Shown: piece by piece, positions 36,835-46,146 of the stretch
How positions within the stretch are numbered: position 1 is the first letter of the stretch
How the letters are laid out: each line of letters starts with the position of its first letter
Assembly: GCA_009995495.1 (NCBI GenBank)
Contig: JAACPL010000007.1
Coordinates: 1 to 55,949 of the forward strand
Length of the DNA stretch: 55,949 nt
DNA from: Candidatus Falkowbacteria bacterium
GTDB lineage: Bacteria; Patescibacteriota; Patescibacteriia; Patescibacteriales; UBA12465
Reading direction: 5' to 3'
Made by a program: the position numbers and the translations under genes
Notes under the pieces: generated by a model
What the model was told of the DNA's origin: nothing
The model's input: the letters and a program-made list of their open reading frames with translations, nothing else
Databases searched by the model: none

Positions 36835-36853
36835 AATCCCTGAGTCTCCGCAG
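36835..36853 (+). repeat. perfect 19-bp direct repeat of the tRNA-Ser(CGA) 3' end (first copy 36608-36626)
   Basis: aatccctgagtctccgcag occurs at 36608-36626 (inside and just past the tRNA) and again at 36835-36853. Confidence 0.85.
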
Positions 36854-36958
36854 TTTTCAATAGGCTTAAATATAGGATATTTTTTAAATAATTTAAATTT
36901 TGGAACAATTGTGATGCAATATATTTATAATAAATATATAAATAATTATAATTATTTT

Positions 36959-38530
36959 ATGAAAAAGTATTTTTCTACTCTTTCAATAAACGTTTTACTT
37001 TTATTGGTTTTTGTTATTAGTCTACTTTTACTAACAAGTTTTGGGGCGCAGGCAGGTAAAGAAATTATTGTTTCTTATAGCAAAGAAATTGTTCCAAAAA
37101 ATAATAGTGGTCGGATTTTTTGGAATACAAACACTAAGGCTAATTGTGAAGTTCTGCTTGGTGCCGAACCAAATTTAAGTGATGCTGTTGTTTTTAAAGG
37201 TTATATGGGAAATGAAAATATTGATACTGAAACTGGGCCACAATCCTTTGTTGCCCTGTTATCTAATGTGTCTCCTGGTGTTAATTATTATCAAATTCGT
37301 TGTATTGATGATAATGGCATACTTATCGATGAAACTGATATTGAAGAAATAACAAACACACAAATTGATACCAGCAAAATGATTATTGATAGTGTTCGAG
37401 CTACTCATGTTACCGCGACTTCAGCCAACATCTATATGCACACAAACAATCGGTATGATTGTAAAGTTGAATATAGTGATTTATCTGGCAACAGTGGTAG
37501 TGAGGAGGGGATTTTAAATCAGTCGGCCAATCCGGATAATGGAGAATATTTTATATACACTGCTATGGTAAGAGATTTGAAGGCTAGTACAAGATACGAT
37601 TATAAAATTGTTTGTAATGATGCTAACAATATTATTGAGAGTAAAAATTATGCTTTTTATACACAAATGCATAATGAGGATATAGTTATTAGTGATATAG
37701 ACTTGGTTCACGTTTCTGATAGTTCGGTAAAAATAAGCTGGAAAACAAATATGGATACATCTTATAATTATGTAATGTTTTATAATCAAAATTCACGGAC
37801 AGGAAGAGGGTATTATGAAGATAAGAATCAATTTAAAAAGGAGCATGAAGTTATTATTCCTGACCTATTAACTACAGGTTCTTATGAATATTCTATATAT
37901 TCTGGATTGTTAGAGGGCGGTAGCGTATATGCCATGACTGAGTATTTTGGTGTTTCTGATAACGTTGGCCCTACATTAAATAACCCGAATGTTAATCGAG
38001 GAGCTATTGACGCAACTGAGGTTGTAAAAGTTGATAAGGAATTTAGTCAAAAGTTGGCTGGAAAAATATTGCTTCAAGTTGAATCTCGTGGTGAGGCTTA
38101 TTATGTTAATCCTAAAGATAATAAGAAGTATTATATGTCTGATGGAAAATCAGCTTTTAGTATAATGAGAAATCTTGGCACAGGAATAAGTAATAACGAT
38201 CTTAATAAAATTCCTGTAGTCCGTAATTCTATTGATAGTTTAGAAAAAATAGACTCGGATGGTGATGGCTATAATGATAAGCAGGAATTACTAAATGGCT
38301 ATAATCCAAATGGTGCTGGTAAATTAATGTTAGATGCGTCTTTTAGTAATAAAAATAGAGGAAGAATTTTTTTACAAGTTGAATCACGCGGCGAGGCTTG
38401 GTATATTAACCCTAGTGATGGTTTAAGATATTATTTAGGAACGCCTAATGATGCATTTAATATTATGAGACAATTAGGATTAGGAATAACTAATATAAAC
38501 TTAAATAAGATTGCCACTGCCAAAAACTAA
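36959..38530 (+). CDS. secreted repeat protein (FN3-like repeats, Ca-binding-like DxDxDG motif, two C-terminal about 55-aa repeats)
   Basis: I place the start at MKKYFS (36959), which gives a signal peptide. There are three repeats of the ...W.TN....C.V.Y type. Then DSDGDGYNDKQE. Finally duplicated (I/L)(L/F)LQVESRGEA(Y/W)Y(V/I)NP....YY......AF.IMR.LG.GI.N..LNKI. Confidence 0.65.
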   Translation: MKKYFSTLSINVLLLLVFVISLLLLTSFGAQAGKEIIVSYSKEIVPKNNSGRIFWNTNTKANCEVLLGAEPNLSDAVVFKGYMGNENIDTETGPQSFVALLSNVSPGVNYYQIRCIDDNGILIDETDIEEITNTQIDTSKMIIDSVRATHVTATSANIYMHTNNRYDCKVEYSDLSGNSGSEEGILNQSANPDNGEYFIYTAMVRDLKASTRYDYKIVCNDANNIIESKNYAFYTQMHNEDIVISDIDLVHVSDSSVKISWKTNMDTSYNYVMFYNQNSRTGRGYYEDKNQFKKEHEVIIPDLLTTGSYEYSIYSGLLEGGSVYAMTEYFGVSDNVGPTLNNPNVNRGAIDATEVVKVDKEFSQKLAGKILLQVESRGEAYYVNPKDNKKYYMSDGKSAFSIMRNLGTGISNNDLNKIPVVRNSIDSLEKIDSDGDGYNDKQELLNGYNPNGAGKLMLDASFSNKNRGRIFLQVESRGEAWYINPSDGLRYYLGTPNDAFNIMRQLGLGITNINLNKIATAKN

Positions 38531-38898
38531 AGGGATGGGTTAAGGTACTAATAAAGTTCCAAGACTGTCCTACCCTCTCCGTCAGGAGATAAATTAAAAG
38601 ACAAAAAAATGTTTTATAATTAACACTATCATATGTCAATCAAAAACAAGCCTCTTAAAATATCAAAATTTCCGGAGATTGTTAGGATGATAAAGAAAGA
38701 TTTAGATTTATAAAACTTATCTTTCTTTCTTTTATAATTCACTCTTCTCTAATATTTAATCTTTTTTACGTTTTGCTAATAAATATTTGACTTTTATATT
38801 AATTAGCAATACTATGTATATTTTTTCTAGCAAAAAATATGCTTTCAAAAAAGCTTTTTTATTATTGCTAATTAACTTATTTATTATTAATTTAGAAT

Positions 38899-40404
38899 AT
38901 GCACAACATTATTAAACGAGTGGCTCTTTTTTTGTTACTAATTTTGGTTTTAATCGGTGTGGGTAATTACGGCACGGTCGAAGCGGCCAAGAAATCTAAT
39001 AGATGCTTTTTACAATTTACGGCAGTTCCTCTAAATGAAAATATTAACTCGGGGGCTGAGACTACTTATCGTTATGCTGTAAAAAATATCGGTGCCACTA
39101 TGTGTAACGAGGTAGCGGTATCTTTATATTATGCTGAGAACGAAAAATATATAAATTCAAATCCTTTGCCAACTGCTTCGGATTATTATTGGTCCATCGG
39201 AAAACTTAATCGCGGTCAAACATTTTATTTTTCCGTGGTTATAAAAAACATTAATGGTGGCGAGCAGATGCTTGGGGAAGGTTGAGCCTCTGCTAATAAT
39301 GCTGATGATGCTTGCGTTAGCACCTCGGTCAACATAACAACAACTCCAACGATTGATTATCCAGAGCCTGTTGTGCTTGATGAAGCCCCACCCTTGGTAA
39401 TGGAAGAAATTGAGCCGATAATAGTAGACGAAGTGGAGCCGGTAATAATTCCGGTATTACCAATAGTTATTCCTAAGATAGACGAGCCAAACTCCATCAA
39501 TATCCAAGCTTGGGTTTATCCAGGCCAGCCAGCTTGTAATGCCACTAATGAATATTCTGATGGCAGACAAATAGATACATTAAAACCGGAATATTATACA
39601 GTTCAAAGCACGGGGGCGTTAAGACAATTAACCGCCTCTTCAGATGGTTGTAATGGTTATAGCGCTAGTAATGTCGCTGACATCAAAGCACACTCTAGTG
39701 AGCAATTTGTAACCGTGTCAGGTCATATTAGTAATGTAAGAAAATTACTTTCTTCGACATTATTACAATCAGCAGCGATAAAAACTTTAACAGATTTTAC
39801 TGTTTCTAGTGGATTTACTGGCGTAGAAATTGATTGGGAGGGTTTTGGTGACTGGACTGTTACTGATTACAATAATTACAAAAAATTTATCGCTGATTTA
39901 CAAACTAGTTTGCGCGCTAAGGGAAAGTTTTTAATGATAGACGCGCCAGCTATTTCTGATGCTAAATATCAGAGTTATTTTTTATTCAAATATGAAGATT
40001 TTGTAGATGTAGATTACGTCGCTATTATGGCTTATGACTATCAATATGATTATGGTGTTGGCCAACCAGTAGCTCCAGAAGTCTGGGTTAAAAATGTTGT
40101 TGATTGGGCAAAAGCTCGTTTAGATGTGAATCAAATAATTATTGGTATTGCTAATTATGAATATCACGGTCCGGTAGGAAGTTATAATGTGTCGATTGAT
40201 ACCTATACTCAATCCTCTTCTTATAACGGGTTTTCTACTAGAAAGTTGAATGCCGAAGGTGAAGAAGTTTGGACATCAGGGGGAACTTATTATGCGGCAC
40301 AAAGCGTGGCTGCGCTCGATAAGAGAAAGGCTTTTATTGAGTCGTTGGGAATAAAAAGTATTTCCGTTTGGCACCTAGGGGGCAATAAATGGTTTAGTAA
40401 TTAA
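38899..40404 (+). pseudogene. GH18 (chitinase/YaaH-like) secreted protein, single reading frame interrupted by one in-frame TGA at 39283-39285
   Basis: Track ORFs 38899-39285 and 39373-40404 are in the same frame, with no other stop between them. The N-terminal part has a signal peptide and a CARDB/DUF11-like beta domain. The C-terminal part has the GH18 core FTGVEIDWEGF. The paralog on the opposite strand is intact. Confidence 0.6.
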
Positions 40405-41735
40405 AACCATAGGTTTCCTCCTAAATGCCAAATTGAGATTGAGTCAATTCCTAAGTTTTTAATTGTTTGTATTTTTTTAACCAAACTTTCAGAGTCTTGG
40501 TAAAAATAAGTATTGCCAGCCTCTTCCCAGGTCATCTCAAAAGAATTAGGGTCCCGTTTAGCGTTAGCGAAACCGGGCTCTTTTTCTATCTGAGAATAAG
40601 TTAAAAGAGAGAAGCGATTGGCACCAGTTGGTCCTTTATATCCATAAGAGGGAACGCCGATAGAAAGTTTTGCCTTGTTTGGGAATTTCCCTAAAGTGAA
40701 TTTTATAGTTTCTTGAATCCAGGTGATGGGCGCAACTGGTTGACCAGCGCCGTGATCATATTGGTAGTCATATAGCATAATTACTAATTTATCAATTGGT
40801 AAATTATTAAAATCGCTATAGCGCCAAACGTACCAAGCCTCTTCTACTGCGTTTGAAGTTGCCGGGCCATCAATCATTAATTTTTTATTCTTAGCATGTA
40901 GAGCATTTCCTAGCTTAGTTATGAATTCTTTATATTTTTGATATGAAGAAGCTGACCAACCGCCGAAGTCTTCAAAATCTATTTCTAGACCCGTTATTTT
41001 ATTATCTACCGTAAAGGCAACAAGAGTATCAATATTAGTTGAGTTTTCTAAAGATTCAGTTAAAAATAAATCCATACTTCCAGCGTAGGAAGAAGAAATA
41101 GTAGCATATTGTTCTTTTGAGTAACCTCTTACACTCTCAACGTTAGCAGGGGAATATCCATTGCAACCGCGATTTTCTACGGTTAATAAAACTAATTTGC
41201 CATCTTCATTGATTGTAAAATATTCGGGTTTTAAAATATCTATTTTTCGACCATCAGAATATTCTGCTTTAACATTACAAACTGTTGCCCCAGGATATAT
41301 CCAGGCCATAATTTCTTTTTGAGTAATTGATGTCGGTAGTTCTGGCGCGGGAGTTTCTATGATTTGAACGGAAGAATCGCTATTTGTGGTTGGAACAAAA
41401 ATATCTGAAGAATTAGGATTCGTTATTTCTGAAGAAGAAGCATTGGAGAGATTTTCTTTGTCATTTAGATTTTCCTGTGCTCTCTCTATATCCTTGTTTT
41501 CTAAAATAACATCATTCGTACTAGTGGAGCTTGTGTCGGCGATAAAAATTTGGTTGGTATCGGCGACACTAATTTCACTATTAGCGGTTTCCATTGAAGT
41601 AGTAGTATTAATTAGCGAAAATTTTTTATTAATAGTGTTTTGATATATTACTATAAATATTATTATTAAAATGGCAACCGCTAAAATAGCCAGAGAATAT
41701 ATTGAAATTTTTGTATTAAGTAATGATTTTAACAT
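40401..41735 (-). CDS. GH18 (chitinase/YaaH-like) glycoside hydrolase, membrane-anchored
   Basis: N-terminal TM segment, Ser/Thr/Asn-rich linker, and a GH18 core ITGLEIDFEDF. It aligns by eye with 39373-40404 (IMAWIYPG..VCN...EYSDGRKIDILKPEYF...). Confidence 0.75.
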   Translation of the reverse strand: MLKSLLNTKISIYSLAILAVAILIIIFIVIYQNTINKKFSLINTTTSMETANSEISVADTNQIFIADTSSTSTNDVILENKDIERAQENLNDKENLSNASSSEITNPNSSDIFVPTTNSDSSVQIIETPAPELPTSITQKEIMAWIYPGATVCNVKAEYSDGRKIDILKPEYFTINEDGKLVLLTVENRGCNGYSPANVESVRGYSKEQYATISSSYAGSMDLFLTESLENSTNIDTLVAFTVDNKITGLEIDFEDFGGWSASSYQKYKEFITKLGNALHAKNKKLMIDGPATSNAVEEAWYVWRYSDFNNLPIDKLVIMLYDYQYDHGAGQPVAPITWIQETIKFTLGKFPNKAKLSIGVPSYGYKGPTGANRFSLLTYSQIEKEPGFANAKRDPNSFEMTWEEAGNTYFYQDSESLVKKIQTIKNLGIDSISIWHLGGNLWF

Positions 41736-41755
41736 ATATTTATTGCTAAAAAATA

Positions 41756-43098
41756 TTAATTTTTAGTGGATATAGCCCCTTCTTTAATTTTTTCGGAAAA
41801 TACCCCTTTTCTGGTCCATTTTTGCCATTGTATCTGTTCCTTTCTTAAATAACCCAAGATGGTTCTTATTAAAGCGCTAAACTCAACGAAGGTGCTGGCG
41901 TAAAAAAGTAGCCAGCCGATAGGGGCTAAAAAAAGAAGTTTTAAATTCTTTTTACTACGGATATCAAAAAATATTTGCACTATAAACATTGAATTAACTA
42001 CGATTATCCCGGAGATAAAAGAAGAATAGTCACTAGTCAAGTAAGAATATATGTAGACGAATATCAGGAAGAATAATTCTAGAAAAAGTTGTAAATCACC
42101 AAATACGGCTAAGGGGAGTATAAACCAGGAAAGAAGTTTTTTGTGTTTTCTTTTACTACTGAAAAACATTTGACGGTAGTTCATAAAAGTTTCTAGTCTG
42201 CCTCTTTTTCATCTTAGTCGTTGTTTTATCAAGCCTTTGAAATCAGTCGCTCCTTCTGTGTAAACGATAGCATCTTCAGCGTAGACTATTTTCATGCCAG
42301 CGTGTTGAATGCGAAAAGAAAGTTCTATATCTTCTGTTATATTTTTAACGTCATATCCTCCGAGTTTTTCAAAGACCTCTTTTCTAAAAGCGCCAGCAGC
42401 GCCACCAATGATGTAGATTGAATTCATGATTGAATCGCACTTTTTAAAATAGAAAGAAAATAAGAACTCTAAGTATTGCACTATCTCAATTAGAGAGTTA
42501 GTATTTCCAATTTTAACGTTACCAACGGCAGCCATAACATTAGGAAGTTCAAAGTATTTTACGAAATTTTCCATGGTTGATGGCGGAACAAAGCAATCAG
42601 CATCAATGGAAATAATAATATCTCCCTTGGCTTGAGCTATTCCTTTATTTAGAGCATGTCCCTTCCCTTGAGTTCTTTCTTCTATACAGAGAATTTTAAT
42701 TCCATTTTTTCTTTAGCCGTTTTGAGGCGGTAATTTCTTATTAATCGTCTGACATTGACTTTAGTATTGTCTGTCGAGGCATTATCAATCACAATGATTT
42801 CTAGATTTTTATAAGTACTATTGAGCAAAGATTTTAAAGTCACTAAAATACCATCTTCTTCGTTACAGGCTGGAACTAATACGCTCACAAGTGGTTGATA
42901 TTGTTGATAATTTTTATTTTTTACAAGCACCTCTCTACTTCTGCGGCTAATGCGAGCAACATATACGTCATGCCAAGGACTCACCACCATGTAAATGAAG
43001 TATTTTATAAGTAAAGTGCTGGCGAACATTATAATAATTAGTCGTAAAAAGGGAAAATTATTACCTTCCTCAGGTTTTAACAAAAAAACTGATAGCAC
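41756..43098 (-). pseudogene. family-2 glycosyltransferase (PgaC/IcaA/chitin-synthase-like processive GT2), split into three ORFs by one frameshift and one in-frame TGA
   Basis: The pieces carry VSVLVPACNEE...IIVIDNASTDNT, then GKGHALNKGIAQAKGDIIISIDADC (open in another frame from 42712), then GGAAGAFRKEVFEKLGGYD...TEDIELSFR...KQRLR-TGA-KRG. The C-terminal TM piece is in frame after the TGA. Confidence 0.75.
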
Positions 43099-43159
43099 TA
43101 TCCAAATAGTTAAGGCATAAAGTATTGTATAAATTAATAATTTTTTAAATATATATTTA

Positions 43160-43357
43160 TTAGTGATGCTTAAAATATTTGCTTAAAAGTCTAGCCCCTA
43201 AATTGGAAATAAGGATTATGGATAAAAAAATCACCACCAAACGATAGGATAAGACAGTAATATTATCAAAAAAATTGAGGTAAAGAATAATTAGACCTAT
43301 TAAAACTAAAGAAAAAAGGGTGATCTCTACTAGCATAGTTGATAAAAATTTTTTCAT
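43160..43357 (-). CDS. small hypothetical membrane protein (2 TM)
   Basis: 65-aa hydrophobic ORF directly upstream of the GT2 gene on the same strand. Confidence 0.4.
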   Translation of the reverse strand: MKKFLSTMLVEITLFSLVLIGLIILYLNFFDNITVLSYRLVVIFLSIILISNLGARLLSKYFKHH

Positions 43358-43604
43358 ATTTTTATAACAATTAAAAAATGCTGACTAGAACTAATTTAGT
43401 CAAACGTTATAGCTTGTATAAGAAGTAATATTAGTAACTTTCTGATTATTAGCCGATAAACTAAGAAATTTATTACAGGGAGAAATATTTATTAAAACTG
43501 TGGACAAATTGTGATTGGAGTAGATGACGGAATGGAAAGAAAGCGATAAGTGAAGACGAAACTTTTCTCGTTTTTGCTGGATTTTTTAGTATAAATTTGG
43601 TATA

Positions 43605-43898
43605 ATGATTATTATGATAAAGATTAAAGCATCTGAAGAAAAAATGCATAAAATTCCAAAAGATCTTAAAGAGGCTCTAATAGCCTCGCCAGAAGTTTAT
43701 GATATTTGGAAAAAACTTACACCCATCGCGCGTAACGAGTGGATTTGTTACGTGACCATCTTTGAAAAAGCTGAAACAAGAAAAAATCACATTAAACGCT
43801 TACAAGAGGACTTGCTTAAAGGCAAGCGTCGCCCTTGTTGTTGGCCCGGTTGTCCGCATCGTCGGCCTAATGCGCAAAAATGGTTTGCTAATAAATAA
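43605..43898 (+). CDS. YdeI/OmpD-associated family protein
   Basis: P.DL.EAL...P.....W..LTP.ARNEWI.....EKAETR...I.R...DL..GKRRPCCWPGCPHR. An extended -10 (TGGTATAAT) lies upstream. Confidence 0.65.
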   Translation: MIIMIKIKASEEKMHKIPKDLKEALIASPEVYDIWKKLTPIARNEWICYVTIFEKAETRKNHIKRLQEDLLKGKRRPCCWPGCPHRRPNAQKWFANK

Positions 43899-43902
43899 AC
43901 TT

Positions 43903-44361
43903 ATGATTTCATACAAACATACTCAAATTGGATATCGAATGTTGTTTACGTTAATTGCTCTTGTTTTTTTTTATACACAACTTTTTAAAATTATTTCACC
44001 AGAGATTAGCTCTAATTTTATTATTATTGCTATATTTTATATAGCTGCATTAATTTTTGCCTCTTTTATAACACTTAAAGTAACAATTGATGAAAGTTAT
44101 CTGCGAATTAAATTTGGCTATGGTGTTTTTAGTAAAAAATTCTCTATTAAAGAAATAGCTTCAGTTGAATCTGTAAGAAATCGTTGGTATCATGGTTGGG
44201 GTGTTAGATTGTGGTTTTTTCCTTATATGTGGATCTATAATGTTTCCGGTTTCGATGCGGTTGAAATAACTATGAATAGCGGCAGAATTTACCGGATAGG
44301 AACAGATGAGTCATATAAGCTTGAGATGGCAATTAAACGAGCAACAGAATTTAATAAATAA
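43903..44361 (+). CDS. hypothetical membrane protein with PH-like C-terminal region
   Basis: I place the start at the ATG at 43903 (MISYKHTQ). The longer track ORF overlaps the preceding gene out of frame. Two TM segments are followed by a soluble domain. Confidence 0.5.
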   Translation: MISYKHTQIGYRMLFTLIALVFFYTQLFKIISPEISSNFIIIAIFYIAALIFASFITLKVTIDESYLRIKFGYGVFSKKFSIKEIASVESVRNRWYHGWGVRLWFFPYMWIYNVSGFDAVEITMNSGRIYRIGTDESYKLEMAIKRATEFNK

Positions 44362-44373
44362 GATATAAATAGA

Positions 44374-45141
44374 ATGAAAATTTTAATTATTACAGATATT
44401 CACTACGGAGAAGATACTAATTACCCTAAACTTATAGGTAAAGAGTATATTAATTTATTTGGCTCTCAATTTAAAAAATATCTTCCAAACATTAAAACTC
44501 TTGTGAAAGAACATGACTTAACGATTAACCTTGGGGATTTAATAAATGAAACTAACACTGAGTCAGATTTAATTCAATATAAAAAAGCAGTTGAGTTTTT
44601 TGTTAAAGAAAAACCAGTTAAACATGTGCTAGGAAATCATGAATTACGAACTCTTTCAAGGAGTCAGTTGGTAGAAATAATAGGCGAGAAAAAATCTTAC
44701 TATTCTTTTGATTTAAATAATTATCACCACATAGTACTTGATGGTTTTAGAGATTTTGAAGAAGACATATATAAAATAGATAAAGAACAATTAGCTTGGT
44801 TACAAAAAGACCTAGACAATACCAATCTTTTAAGTCTTGTATATTGTCATTATGTTTTTGATAATCAATCCCTTGACTCCAACTATTATTTTAATAAGCC
44901 GCAAAGAGTGTTTATAGAAAATAAGGAAGAAATAAGAAAAATATTTGAAGATTCAAAAAAAGTTATTGCGGTTTTTAGTGGGCACTTACATTTTTTTCAT
45001 CAAGAAATTATTAATGGTATAAAATATATAACAGCCCCCGCTTTTAGTGAAAATGATGGAAATCATAAAGCAAAAGCTGAATGTTTAAGTGTTGATTTGG
45101 ATGGTAAAGAGGTTGCAGTAAAGTTTGTTAAAGTCTTTTAA
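44374..45141 (+). CDS. metallophosphoesterase
   Basis: ILIITDIHYG, LGDL, GNHE, and GHLH motifs in canonical order. Confidence 0.75.
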   Translation: MKILIITDIHYGEDTNYPKLIGKEYINLFGSQFKKYLPNIKTLVKEHDLTINLGDLINETNTESDLIQYKKAVEFFVKEKPVKHVLGNHELRTLSRSQLVEIIGEKKSYYSFDLNNYHHIVLDGFRDFEEDIYKIDKEQLAWLQKDLDNTNLLSLVYCHYVFDNQSLDSNYYFNKPQRVFIENKEEIRKIFEDSKKVIAVFSGHLHFFHQEIINGIKYITAPAFSENDGNHKAKAECLSVDLDGKEVAVKFVKVF

Positions 45142-45144
45142 GCG

Positions 45145-45669
45145 CTAGGCCTTACCAAGAGTTTTTTCGCCCTCAGTCCATTCCATCGGACAAAGTTCAC
45201 CGCTTTGAACGGCTTTTAGAACTCTTAGAGTTTCATTAACCGAGCGCCCGACTGAACCAGCGGAGACAACAATGTATTTTATTTTACCTTCTGGGTCAAT
45301 AATAAATAAGCCACGATCAGCCGAACCGTCGCTTTCATTTAAAACTCCATAAGCACGAGCAATGGATTGAGTCGTATCAGCTAAAACTGGGTATTTTACT
45401 TCTGGTAAATCTTTTTCCAGCCAAGTTTTGTGGGACCATTCGGAATCAGTTGAGGCCGCTAAAATATCACAATTTAAAGCTTTAAATTCTTCCTCGCTTT
45501 TAGCAAAACCCCTAATTTCGGTTGGACAAACGAAAGTAAAATCGCGAGGATAGAAAAATAATACTAGCCATCTGTCGGTATAGTCGGCTAGGCTAATTTC
45601 TTTGAATTCGCCATTATGAAAAGCTTTTATTTTTTCAAAGTTTGGGGCTGGTTGATTTATATTAAGCAT
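45145..45669 (-). CDS. peroxiredoxin (AhpC/Prx1-type)
   Basis: FFYPRDFTFVCPTE peroxidatic Cys motif, a thioredoxin-fold length, and a C-terminal ELCP resolving Cys. Confidence 0.9.
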   Translation of the reverse strand: MLNINQPAPNFEKIKAFHNGEFKEISLADYTDRWLVLFFYPRDFTFVCPTEIRGFAKSEEEFKALNCDILAASTDSEWSHKTWLEKDLPEVKYPVLADTTQSIARAYGVLNESDGSADRGLFIIDPEGKIKYIVVSAGSVGRSVNETLRVLKAVQSGELCPMEWTEGEKTLGKA

Positions 45670-45731
45670 ATTTTTATCGTTAATTAATTAGTGCCTAATA
45701 TTTTAACAAAAAAATTGGCTCAAAGCAAGAC

Positions 45732-45959
45732 TTAAAATTCCAAACTCTTTATCCTCGCAACTTTTTTACAATTACGACATTTTATTTCTATCAAGGCGGA
45801 AGTAATTTTGGCGCGAAAAAATAATTTATAACAAAGAGGGCAACGATATTCGCGAAGCTCTATTTTTTTATTTTCTTCAAATTTCAGCGCCCTTTCTTTT
45901 CCTGGTTTTTCTTCGTCTAATAATTTTCCAGTTATTGAATTTTCTGAGTCAAAGCTCAT
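45732..45959 (-). CDS. Com-like zinc-ribbon protein
   Basis: The C-terminal half, YRCPLCYKLFFRAKITSALIEIKCRNCKKV, matches the phage Mu Com CxxC...CxxC pattern. It lies upstream of and co-oriented with the peroxiredoxin gene. Confidence 0.55.
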   Translation of the reverse strand: MSFDSENSITGKLLDEEKPGKERALKFEENKKIELREYRCPLCYKLFFRAKITSALIEIKCRNCKKVARIKSLEF

Positions 45960-46099
45960 AAATTAAAATTAAATTTATTATATTTTAATTTTATAATATT
46001 TACCCTGAAATTTAGTTAAAGAAAAACTCAAGAAAAGATAAAGAGGCGAGCGGCGGTTTTTGCTTAATTTTTAGGGTCTTGACCTTTTTATTAAATAGC

Positions 46100-46114
46100 T
46101 ATACCATAGGTATA
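46100..46114. promoter_or_regulatory. candidate CsoR operator palindrome in the cop promoter
   Basis: TATACC-ATA-GGTATA perfect palindrome, followed by a second GGTAT. It overlaps the -10 region downstream of TTGACC (46079-46084). Confidence 0.35.
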
Positions 46115-46146
46115 GGTATTTAAATTTAATTTATTATTCTAATTCT

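Noticed and set aside
36477-36908. Track ORF 36477-36908 (-), 143 aa.
   Set aside because: It runs antisense through tRNA-Ser(CGA) and the G+C-rich insert. It is open only because of the composition and has no start context.
43762-43902. The N-terminal extension of track ORF 43762-44361, and the similar upstream extensions at 7624-7686, 20927-20974, 22688-22777, 34226-34306, 35735-35761 and 36824-36958.
   Set aside because: The extensions overlap upstream genes, terminators or the tRNA scar. Internal ATGs give proper signal-peptide, TM or domain starts.
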